A stretch of 64,000 nucleotides of DNA, taken from contig CAJFCJ010000001.1 of the NCBI GenBank assembly GCA_904063045.1, positions 620,001 to 684,000 of the forward strand, written 5' to 3'. Under the pieces are notes generated by a model. The model was not told the origin of the DNA and made no database searches. It saw only the letters and a program-made list of their open reading frames with translations. This document shows positions 1-11,102 of the stretch, piece by piece. The position numbers and the translations under genes are program-made. This DNA comes from Dimorphilus gyrociliatus. Taxonomy: Eukaryota > Animalia > Annelida. Numbering within the stretch: the stretch's first letter is position 1; the number at the start of each line of letters is the position of its first letter.

Positions 1-696
1 ACATGAATGTTCAAACAAAAATTGATAACGTCAAGGTATTTGACCCGCCGTTCGGCTGTAAACCCATAGACGTTAGTTAATTAATATATCGTTTCGTTGA
101 GTAATGAAACTAAAACTAAAAACTATTAATCTTAAACAGGAAAATGATTCAGATTTTAACAAAATATTTCCATACTTTCTTTTACGATTACACAATCGCC
201 AAGAAAAATGAAGAGTGAAAAGAGAAGCATTATTGGGATTAATTATGCAAGTAGCCGTATTTTTCTCCTTGCTTAACCATTTCTTTTTAGCTAGTAATGG
301 CTAATTAATGACTAATTTATTAGATGAATAAAAAGTATCTTGTGGCTTGTTAATTGCGAATAATTTAATGTATTTACGCAATTATTCGGTACCTTTTTCG
401 CAGCATGAGAATTTGGTGGAAATTTAGTGAAGTCGCCGGAATTTACGTAATCTATTATGCAACGTGGCCGTTCACACTACGCTATTGAAAGCTATTACAG
501 ATAACAGTAAACTTAAGATAATAAAATGCGGGTAAAGAAAGACCTTAGATCGATTCTTAGATTACATAACAGACGTCGGTCTTAATCAACAATAGTCTGA
601 TAGCGTAATTGTTTATCGGTAACCGTATCGTGTCAATTATATAATTAAGACTCCTTAAAAGGGGGAACATTACTTCTCAGCGCAACAGTCGCAGAA

Positions 697-1134
697 ATGG
701 CATCGGAGAGACTATACGAAACAAAATCCGAAGTTAGCATTGAATTTGCTAAACGTAACTTGAATCGTTACGCCTTTAGTTCTCCTGAGGAAACGGAGAG
801 TTGTAATACAACCTATTCTACACCTGAAAAGTCATTTGTAACACCTGCAGCCGCAAAAATTCACCGACGTCGACTAGCCATAAGAGATTTGTCTGCAATG
901 AAAAATTTTAACTCGCCATGCTATTCACCGAAAACGGATGACGAACATTTTGCCAGAAAAAAGGAATTAAACAAGGATAATCTATTTAACTGCTGCGAAC
1001 CAGAACTTGGTCGTCCTCTAAAAAGCCGTTCGAGACTAAATAGAATTAACAAAAACAGCCGAGTCGTAAGACGCTTGTTTCCAGATGCAGAAGATGAAAA
1101 TAATGAGTATACCCGTTTACTTTCTATTGAATAG
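697..1134 (+). CDS. Intronless 145-aa unknown protein, probably disordered, with several S/T-P sites and a C-terminal RRLF motif
   Basis: ATG-to-TAG ORF; SP/TP sites (SSPE, STPEK, VTPA, NSPC, YSPK) and VVRRLFP; no family recognised. Confidence 0.6.
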   Translation: MASERLYETKSEVSIEFAKRNLNRYAFSSPEETESCNTTYSTPEKSFVTPAAAKIHRRRLAIRDLSAMKNFNSPCYSPKTDDEHFARKKELNKDNLFNCCEPELGRPLKSRSRLNRINKNSRVVRRLFPDAEDENNEYTRLLSIE

Positions 1135-1569
1135 AAAACACTTTTTAACATAAAACAAAATGTAAAAGAAAAGTACCAACAGTGTTGTTTGTAAAAGAAA
1201 AAAGAACTTTTTCCTATTTGCCTGTTGTTTTTTTATCATTTTATAAAATTTGTTCTTTTTAAATGTTAAAGTTAAAGAAAAAAGAAACAGCGTTAGATTT
1301 GGTCATTTAAAAAAAACCGCAAAATCATATCAAGACTTCAGAAATGACAAAGGAAAAAACATGTTTTTGTTCAGTATTTTTAATAAAAAAAAAACAAGGA
1401 AAAAATTGTAATTTGTTTAAATCTTACTTTTCAATAAACCATTTTAAAATAATTTCTCAAATCTGGTAATTTAATTTATTTTATCGAGATTTTTAAAGAA
1501 TTTGTTTATATCATCATACAAAAGAAATAACTATTAAATGTACCAAATTCTAGTCAGTACATTAAATAT

Positions 1570-2348
1570 TTAATTACTTCCTCCAACTAATACTCCAGTA
1601 CTTTTAGGTTTTTCTGCTGTCTTCTCTTCTTTTCCTTCATCTCTCTCATTTCTAAATTGAATATCGTACTTTTCTCTATATTCGTTAATTTCTTTGCCTT
1701 TTTGTTCTAACTGCTTTTCCAAAGATTTGATAAGCTCATTCAATTTTACACAATTGTGTGCTAAAGCTGGGATGACATCTTTGACGGTTCTTTCAACAGT
1801 TACTGTTCCAACCTGAAAGTGATTATCGGAATAATGTTAATAGAGTAAGTCATTCAGTGATGGTTAAATGAATGCTAAATAAATACGTCAGGTAGAATCT
1901 AAACATCCTGTATTTTTATATGGAATTAAAACAGTGTTTGCCATTTACTGTGTACCTGGATGTTACCTTTACATTGCTATATAAACTCACGTGTTTTCGC
2001 ATGTGTTTAGCCGACAAGCTTTATTAATGTATAAATAAAAGCTATTTTTCTATCAAATAGGAAAATTTCCTAAAGTAGAATCTTGACTAAACTTATACAA
2101 TGGAAGTTTTAGACAGTGGTATCATATTCATAGAAATATTTAAAAATAAACAAGCCGCATACCATTCGATAACACCGCCTCTCAGGATCGACTTCTTGGA
2201 GAGTTTTTAATACCAGCTCATGTTCTCTTATTTCCATTTTAAGCTCACTTATCTTTTGAGCGTAAGTCTTTTGCTGCATACGCAGCTGTTCAAAATGAAT
2301 AAGGATTTCTTGCTTATTTAGTTTTTTAGTTTTCGATACGGATGCCAT
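1570..2348 (-). CDS. PFDN2: Prefoldin subunit 2
   Basis: Exon 1 2348-2163 (MASVSKTKKLNKQEIL...EHELVLKTLQEVDPERRCYRM), GT-AG intron 2162-1813, exon 2 1812-1570 (VGTVTVERTVKDVIPAL...QKGKEINEYREKY); matches the PFDN2 CYRMVG..VERTVK motif. Confidence 0.95.
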
Positions 2349-2713
2349 CTTGGATTGGAACTGTAGCGTGATTACCGGTTCAAACCATTCGGTCACCAAC
2401 CGGCGGGGTGAGGCATTACATATAAAAAGTCCGCAGAAAGGAAGGCGTAAACTTAATTTAAATAAACGTAAAGCTTTTTTTAATGCCATACTTAAATTTA
2501 AATAAAAACAAATAGAATTTAGATGTGTTTCGTATATAAAATATAATATTTCATTTAAATAAATGATCTGCTCATTGCTAATAAAGTTCACATACAGTGA
2601 GTACAACATTTGAAGGCCACGAGAACATTCAAGCGTTTTATCGTTGTATAAATGTACAAACATTACGCACAAAAGCCATCTTTGAAAAATAAATAAGCTT
2701 CCATCACGATGAG

Positions 2714-3615
<902 letters not shown>

Positions 3616-3952
3616 CTTGTTCTTAGCGGTAACTTTTATGGCGTCCGTGTTTGAATGTTTCGTAAGTGCCAACAATAGACTAAAAAGAAGGGACGATTTT
3701 AAAAAACTGAACGAAAGTAAGAAAAATAGTCTGGATACATGCCCTTTGCTGGCGTATATGTAATTTACATTTCATAGCTTCAAATTAGAACACTAAACCC
3801 TATATCGTGGGTGTGACTCACAGCCAATGACGTCACAAGAAAATAGCGGAATCACGAGGAAACAACTCATATTTTGATAAAAAGAATCACATTTATTAAA
3901 CAGAGTTTGTATCTCTACAGCAGTCAAAATAGGTGCAAATCAGTCGAACGTG

Positions 3953-4785
3953 ATGGAGAGTATCCTTTTTAAAGCGTCTAAACGATTAACAGTCTTTTAA
4001 CATTTTCAGTTTAATATACTTTCATTTTCCTTAACATATAAGAACATCTATTTAATCTTAAGTTCTCTGCGAAACAACTAGAGCGAGAAGCCAAAAAATG
4101 CGAGAAAAGCGAAAAAGAAGAAAAGAACAAATTAAAGAAGGCGATTCAGAAAGGAAACATGGAAGGAGCTAAAATATATGCGGAAAATGCTATCAGGCAG
4201 AAAAATCAAAGTTTACTGTTCCGCCGAATGAGCGCAAGGGTGGATGCTGTTTCTCAAAGAGTCCAAACAGCCGTTACAACTCAACAGGTCACCAAATCGA
4301 TGGCCGGAGTAGTAAAAGGAATGGAGGCCGCAATGAAATCTATGAACCTCCAAAAAATATCAGAGATTATGGACAGATTTGAAACACAATTTGAAAATTT
4401 AGATGTCCAGGCTGGAGTTATGGAAAACACTATGGCAGCCACTTCAACTTTAACAACTCCCCAAAATCAAGTAGATAGCTTAATGCAAGAAGTGGCAGAT
4501 GAAGCTGGGTAAGTTTCATATTCATACTTTATCACGAAGTTTCTCTAAAAATTAGCTACTCTTACATATTAAAAACTAATTATTATCTTTACCCTTTTCA
4601 GATTGGAACTGAACATGGATCTACCTTCGGCTGCGTCAAATACAGTAGGACAGTCTACAGCTGCATCAGCTGAACAAGTACGTTAATAAATATGCAATTG
4701 ATCAAGATATAGCTGGTAAATAATTCTCTAACAATTTTTTCAGGATGATCTGACCAGCAGACTAGCAAGACTACGACAACAATGA
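3953..4785 (+). CDS. CHMP1B: ESCRT-III charged multivesicular body protein 1 (CHMP1B-like)
   Basis: Spliced ME|HLFNLKFSAKQL...KKAIQKGNMEGAKIYAENAIRQKNQ...MSARVDAV...QEVADEAG|LELNMDLP...|DDLTSRLARLRQQ with a C-terminal MIT-interacting motif. Confidence 0.95.
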
Positions 4786-5172
4786 AATCATCACATATTC
4801 CTGTCTGTTTCTGTTTCCTTAAAGTAATCGAATATTTGTATAGATATATTTTGACTATTTTATAATAATATGAATCCATTATTTTACGCTCTTAATGAAA
4901 TTTACAACTCGGCAAAGTACTGAATTTAATTGATTACCTTGCTTGACAATATTTGCTATTTATAATTTTCCCGCTAATTGATATGCAAAAGAGCGCTCAA
5001 AATATTTTCGTATCATGAACTGCTAAAATTGAAGTTTCTAAAAATGATTTGAAAATACACAATCATATAAAAAGTTCCAAATCATGTGATAGAGGCGATT
5101 AAGGATTCTTAAAATTATTCTTTTGAGCGATAATATAGTTAAACACAAAGCATCTGTCTACCTAGTTAAAAT

Positions 5173-5779
5173 ATGGAGCAGTCACTTTGTAGGCGAAGAA
5201 ACGTGAAAGAAGCATTAATAGACAAACAATATACTTGTCCAATTTGTGAAGAAATTCTGTACAGTGTTTTCGATTGCCAGCCTTGTGGTCATAAATTATG
5301 TGAAATATGCCTAAGAAGATTGGCGAAAATAAGTATTAATGCAGGCAAAAAAAGCTGTTTGTGTTCTGTTTGCAGAAAGCCGATAGATTATTGTGTCAAA
5401 GACTATGGTAAGAATAACTAGTAGTTTAATGCTACAAATCATTTAAAAACCTTCTTCAGATCTCATCGAATATATCAAAAAAAGATTTCCTTTTCAATAT
5501 AACGAAAGAAAGCGTTGCGAGAAGAATGATTCGATTATGATGTATCCACTACCTTCATCGACTATGTCTCAAAATCAGATGGCAATTTTAACAGACCTTG
5601 TGGTAAGAAGATCTCGCCAGAAAAGACAAAATACTCATGTTTCAAATGAAAATCGGAAAGGAATCTTTTATTTATTTCTGGTGGTTTTATGCTCTGCTGC
5701 AATTATGTACATTTTCCTGAAGCAGACAAATTTAGGCTCTAAAATTACTTCAATGTTTGTTAGATATCAATTTCGTTAA
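5173..5779 (+). CDS. RING-finger E3 ligase with C-terminal transmembrane anchor (RNF180-like)
   Basis: C3HC4 RING CPICEE...CQPCGHKLCEICLRRLAK...CSVCRK; one short intron at ~5408-5459; hydrophobic GIFYLFLVVLCSAAIMYIFL near the C-terminus. Confidence 0.75.
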
Positions 5780-5789
5780 GTTTCCAAAC

Positions 5790-6302
5790 TCAGATCAAAG
5801 GAAAGTACTTCTCATGAGCGTGCATAAACTTTATAGCTTTGTCATACGCCTCCATATCTGTGTTTGAAATATATATTAAATTCATCTTTCTACATTTATG
5901 TGTTCAAATATCGAACCAAAGTTTTCCTTGTTCATTTCTGGCAGAATGCTATACTCAGTACACGAAATATGACAGTTTGGCTGGACAGTGCCAATTACCT
6001 GAACAAGGCTGTTCATCTCTTCTTCAACCTAAAGCATTTTACATTTAATAGATTTTTTGCTAAGTATGTTGTATTTAGCACGCTCTTACATCTTCGGGAA
6101 CATCTATGTGAACCATCTTTCCATCGCTTGCTTTCACTTCAAACGTTCCGTTTCGAATCGGCTGTAAAAAACAGTTTCACATGTTCATTTGCCAACAATC
6201 GATTATATTAATATTTACTCCTTCAGCTATTCCCAAAAGAACCACTGTTTTTCCTTTAAAAGCTGGTAAAAGCGACCCATTAACTTGAGGTTTTGCGTTC
6301 AT
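5790..6302 (-). CDS. RPA3: Replication protein A 14 kDa subunit (absent from the ORF track because of short exons)
   Basis: Four exons read by eye: MNAKPQVNGSLLPAFKGKTVVLLG / FEVKASDGKMVHIDVPED / VEEEMNSLVQVIGTVQPNCHISCTEY / DMEAYDKAIKFMHAHEKYFPLI*; matches the RPA14 OB-fold pattern. Confidence 0.88.
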
Positions 6303-6939
6303 ATTTGGTCTGAACAAAATCTGTGATCGCGATATTTCGATTACAATTCGATTTATTATATCGATTTGAAAATTATGTAATGGGTAGAAATGAGTAAAAA
6401 TTCTTCGAAATTGTCATACTTTATAATTCTCACAGTACAGTAATGTTTAAAAATCAACTGTTTCAAATATTTACACAGCTACTTAAAATTTTAGAAACTA
6501 CAGATGAAAGTAATAATAACTAAAAGTTTACTCTCTAAATAGTTTTTCTTTAACAAAACTATAAATCAGTCTTCAGTTTTCTTGTATAAAGCTGACTTTA
6601 TGATATAAACGAATCTGTGAACCAGAAGATTTTTTCCTATTACTATTGATAGTAACTTGTGTAAAATCGAGTACCCCAAATTTTAATAAATCAAAATCGA
6701 TTAAAATATTTTGTACAGGAAGATTGGTTAGATTTATTATATTAACTGATGTAACAATACAAGGTTTTGTATATTGTTTTTTTTTAATTATACGAAAAGG
6801 TTTTCCGCCAATAATATCGCAATCGAATAGAGATCCTATCTTTTAAGACATACAGTGTCCGGACCCATTTTGCTACTGGGTGGTAAAGTTCTTTTAGCGT
6901 GTATTTTCAAAATATTTTAATTGACAATAATAGGAGAGA

Positions 6940-8131
6940 ATGATTCAATTTCAACTAAATTCAAACAATGAACTCATTTCCATGCCTTCTTGTGGATGTA
7001 TGTTTAGGTGTAAAAAGTATTTATACCTTTACAATATTTTTTTTGCAACAGTGGGTACGTATAAAGTTACTGGAGAGCAGATGTATGACTTATTAGATGC
7101 AGCTTTAAATGCTGGTTATCGTCTTTTCGGTCAGTAAATTTTCATAATATTAACGCCTATATTAAACAGTGATCACTATTTTCAAACTATAATAGACACC
7201 GCTTCAGCGTACCAGAATGAGGAGGCAATTGGTAGCTGCTTGAAAGAATTGTTGTTGAAATATAACCTAAATCGGACAGATGTATTCATTACAACAAAAC
7301 TTAGTTGGCTGTCTATTTGCAAATAAATTTGTACGTTTACATAATTCTTATTCAGAACCGAGAGAGCATGGCAAAGCAAGAGAATCTTTGTGTTCATCTT
7401 TAAAAAGATTATCCATGGATTATGTCGACCTGTATTTAATTCACTGGCCAGGAGCTCATGGTAAGAAACCTAACGATTCGGAACATAAAGAAGCTAGAAG
7501 ACAAAGCTGGCTTCAAATGGAAGAATTACTGAAAGAAGGAAAAGCAAGAGCAATTGGTGTATCCAATTATACAATAAACCATTTAGAGGAGATGTTAAAG
7601 TTCTGCTCAATTAAACCAGCTGTTTTACAAGTAGGCAAGATCTATTATTCAGAATAGAAATTCAAAAAAAAAACGAAATTTAGAGCGAGCTTCACCCTTT
7701 GTTACAACAACATGACCTACGAAAATTCTGCAAAGAGCATTCCATTCACTTTCAAGCTTATTCATCTTTAGGTAGTATGAAAAACACTTCTGAGGTAAGC
7801 TCCCCGTTAAAATTTCTATTTTTAATTAACCTTTTTCAGGTCCTGGCTAACGATGTCATCTTGAATTTGGCAAAAAAGTATAATAAATCGCCAGCAAATA
7901 TTGCTTTAAGATGGGGAATTGAGAATGAAAGTAGTGAGTTTATACAAAAAAACATTCATGATAAATTAATTTGCGATCCTAACAGGTGTTATACCAAAAT
8001 CAACTAATCCCGAACATATTAAGAACAATATTTGTCTGTATGATTTTGCACTGACCACCGAAGATTTGAACCAGATAGCTAAACTTGATAAAGATTGTCA
8101 CTTTTGTTGGGATCCTGTTGATATTTTGTGA
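6940..8131 (+). CDS. Aldo-keto reductase
   Basis: Multi-exon; GTYKV, GYRLF|DTASAYQNE (catalytic D and Y), FITTKL (K), YVDLYLIHWP (H), KARAIGVSNY, ending CHFCWDPVDIL*. Confidence 0.95.
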
Positions 8132-8303
8132 AATAAAAGTTACATTTGAAATGTAATATGATTTGCTTAAAAGTTAAATACAATGATTAAAATCTTCATT
8201 TACCACACAAACTTTATTTACAGATAATTCTTTTTCCATTAAACAAACAAAACTCGTAAATTTATTATTTATTCTTTAACAACTTGAATAGAAGAATGAT
8301 CAC

Positions 8304-9893
8304 TTAATCATCAAAGGTTCTTTTGGTGCCTTGAAATTTTTGAAAGCCTCTTGATCCTCCTCTTGAACCACCTCTGAAGCCACCTCCTCCTCTAGGACCT
8401 CCACGGCCGCCTCCTCGACCACCAAATCCACCACGCCCTCCTCTACCTCCAAATCCACCTCTTCCTCCACGACCACCTCCGCCTCGTCCACCACGACCTC
8501 CACCGCTACCACGGGGAGTTGAAAAATCCACAAATACATTTCTACCATCTATGTCCAAACCTTGCTTTTCAGCAAGACTTTTCTTAGCATCCTCTTCAGA
8601 AGCAAATTCTACATATCCAAATCCCTTGGATTTGCCTGTATCTTGATGTGTGACAATGCGAGCAACAACACCACCCATAAGTTCTTTTAGTGTTTCTTCA
8701 GTGGTATCATAACTCAAGTTCTTTACAAATAAGGTTTTTGAAGGAACACCATCCGATGTACCCTTTCTATCTCCTTTCGTGTTTTTGCTTTTAGTACCAC
8801 AGAAGTCTAAAAAGAGAGCTTGTCCTTTCAATTCTTTTCCCTGATGTTTTTCTAATGCTTTTTCTACATCCCCTTCAGAAGCATATTCGGCGAAAGCAAA
8901 TCTGTGAAAAACAGTAAAGTTACTTTTCATTCTACATTGAAAATTGGATATACTGCTGGTTAGCTAAATATCAGACAAATGCCTCGAGATATTAAGATCA
9001 TAGACACAACGTCTATCAATAAATATGGTAGCTTTCTCGTTCATCATTAACTTTCATTTCATTTGAGCTAAGTCATTTGCTAACTTTTACTCACCCTCTA
9101 TGACCCATTCCTTGTTTATTTTTAGCCAGTCTTATCTCTACAGCATCATCAAATATGTCCTTTATATCCTTCTCTGTTACTTTTTCTGCGATATTCTTTA
9201 TAAATAGCGTATTCTGATCTTTTTCTGCGGAAAAAATATGTTTTTAAAGCTGGGAAGAACTTATTTTGATAAACATATCTAAGATGAAAGTATCAGGCCA
9301 AATGCCTAGAACTACATGTACATAACGTGTTCAGACTCGTCATCTGTTCATCATTTAAACAAAATACTGTTAAAATTTTACCAATAACTTACTTTCAAAT
9401 GTGTTGGTTTTGGGTTTATCATTTTTTCCTTTATTGTCTTCTCTGATAGATATTTCAGCCCCCTTCCATTCGTTTCCACTTAAAGAAATTCCTTTTTGAA
9501 GGTCACTCGATTTCTCAAGAGTAACAACAGCGAAATCTTTTCCATGAAATTTATCAATTTCTTTGACGGCTATTTTCTCTTTTTGAAAAAATTTCTTTAT
9601 TTGAGTTTCTGTCAAATCCTGTACGCCTTTGAGAAACAATTTCCTGTTTCCTCCTTCATTGTTTTTGTTGGATTTTTTAGGTTTAGCGCTTTCATCGTCT
9701 GTAGAAAGTAATGCATAATTGTTACGGTTATATTTTGTGACACAATAATATTGCATCAATTATATATAATAGTCATAATTTGGCACTTATCAAGGGAAGA
9801 TTCCCAGAGATCTAAATCTATGAGAATGGCAAAAAAGTGCAAGAAAAAGTAATTTTACAAAATCTTACCGTCGTCGTCTTCTTCCTCCTCCTC

Positions 9894-9929
<36 letters not shown>

Positions 9930-10067
9930 TTCCTCATCCGATGACTTTTTGGCTTTTTTCTTAGGAATAGAGGATTTTGCAGTAGTTGCTTTACGCTTCT
10001 TAGAGACATTTTCATCATCATCATCATCTACTTCTTCATCATCATCATCATCATCAACTACTTCTTC

Positions 10068-10098
<31 letters not shown>

Positions 10099-11102
10099 AT
10101 GTCAATGTCTTCATTATCATCATCGTCGTCATCATCATCATCATCTTCAGTTGTTTTCTTTGCTTTTTTTGCCGGAATAGATGATTTTCCAGAGTTTGCT
10201 TTACGTTTTTTTGCGGGAGATTCTTCTTCATCATCATCATCATCATCTCCTTCCTCGTAATCATCATCATCATCATCGTCGTCGTCGTCGTCGTCATCTT
10301 CATCATCACCGCCACCATTTTTTGCCGAAATTTTCGGTACCTTAGCACTTACACCTTCTGTTTGAAAAGGGATGAATGAATTTCAAGTCTGAAAGTAAGC
10401 TGTCGGTTTTATACCCTCTTCATCGTTACTTTCTTCGTCTTCTTCTTCACTGTCCATAACTTCATCTTCGCTAGATACTTCCTTTGGTGGAGGAGCTGCT
10501 TTTTTCTTTGGTGGTTGATTCTACATGAGAAAACACGTTAGATTTTGTGAGATTAAGTGAAAGTAACAATCTAAAGGCATCTATTCGTGAGAAATTTATT
10601 TCTTTGTAGTGGTGTCAGATACTTTTTTCATCGAAAAATTTATGAAGAGCTAGATAGTTACATATCGTCCCTGACAAACCACTTACCATTAAATATTCTA
10701 ACGGGATCTCTTGAATATCTAATGCTTTCATCGCATCACAATATACCCGTACCACACAGCAACACTCGCCGGGCATTGCTCTCTCAGCCATTAAATTAGC
10801 TGTAGCGCGTATCAGCGCTTGCCGCACTCTTTGCACGCCGGGCAAAGGAATTGACTCTATTACAAGTTCACATGCTTTCCCTTCATTATCTTATAGCGCT
10901 CACCGGGCGCTCTAAAAATTTATGTATATGCACGCCGGGCATATAAGAAAAAGTTTCAACGCCATTTTCCCCTTATTCCGACCAAAACGAGGTACATTTG
11001 CCAGTCAGCCGAATTGATGACTACACCTGTAATGTTCTCTTCTGTCGTTCGAGTTAAGCACCCATTCTTTACCTGTTTGCTTTTAGTAGGTTTAGGTTTC
11101 AT
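8304..11102 (-). CDS. NCL: Nucleolin: N-terminal acidic tracts, three RRMs and a C-terminal RGG/GAR domain; snoRNA host gene
   Basis: MKPKPTKSKQ|NQPPKKKAAPPPKEVSSEDE resembles the nucleolin N-terminus; long D/E tracts; RRMs with KLFLKG, LFIKNI..GFAFAEY, TLFVKNLSY..GFGYVEF; GGRGG repeats; terminal KRTFDD. Confidence 0.93.
8966..9052 (-). ncRNA. Intronic box C/D snoRNA (SNORD15/snR13-like) guiding 28S rRNA 2'-O-methylation at the yeast A2281 equivalent
   Basis: In NCL intron 8902-9094: box C ATGATGA (9047-9041), box D CTGA (8974-8971) ~69 nt from the 3' splice site; guide CGAGGCATTTG is an 11-nt perfect complement of conserved 28S CAAAUGCCUCG (recalled). Confidence 0.85.
9288..9359 (-). ncRNA. 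Intronic double-guide box C/D snoRNA (SNORD15/snR13/snR75-like) targeting the 28S yeast A2280 and G2288 equivalents
   Basis: In NCL intron 9225-9392: box C ATGATGA (9354-9348); D' CTGA (9334-9331) preceded by AGATGACGAG (complement of 28S CUCGUCAUCU); box D CTGA (9296-9293) preceded by AGGCATTTGGC (complement of GCCAAAUGCCU). Confidence 0.9.
9717..9843 (-). ncRNA. Intronic box H/ACA snoRNA candidate guiding 28S pseudouridylation
   Basis: In NCL intron 9699-9868: hairpin 1 with lower stem GCACTT/AAGTGC, upper stem ATTCTCA/TGGGAAT and pocket strands TTGCC and CTTCCCTT; H box AAATTA (9781-9776); second hairpin TGATGCA/TGTGTCA; ACA at 9722-9720. Confidence 0.7.
9869..10320 (-). repeat. Coding (GAT/GAC/GAA)n trinucleotide tracts encoding the acidic domain of nucleolin
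   Basis: Long runs of tcatcatca/tcgtcgtcg on the + strand, punctuated by basic KK-rich spacers. Confidence 0.9.

Noticed and set aside
1886-1965. Nested inverted repeats (AACATCC/GGATGTT, ACAGT/ACTGT) in the long PFDN2 intron
   Set aside because: No clear H/ACA or C/D boxes or rRNA guide; stems are short enough to be chance
5839-6211. Two + strand ORFs (69 and 115 aa)
   Set aside because: Antisense to the RPA3 exons and introns; no protein features
9818-10348. Poly-M and poly-S ORFs in the track (also 18471-18717, 19958-20224, 35260-36225)
   Set aside because: Alternative-frame or antisense shadows of acidic (GAT/GAA)n coding tracts in nucleolin, its paralog and ZNF800
10610-10745. Possible fourth snoRNA in NCL intron 1 (11-bp hairpin 10688-10723, CTGA at 10618-10615, GTGATGC/CGATGA)
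   Set aside because: Box C and H box non-canonical, and no convincing rRNA complementarity found from memory; an Infernal scan would settle it
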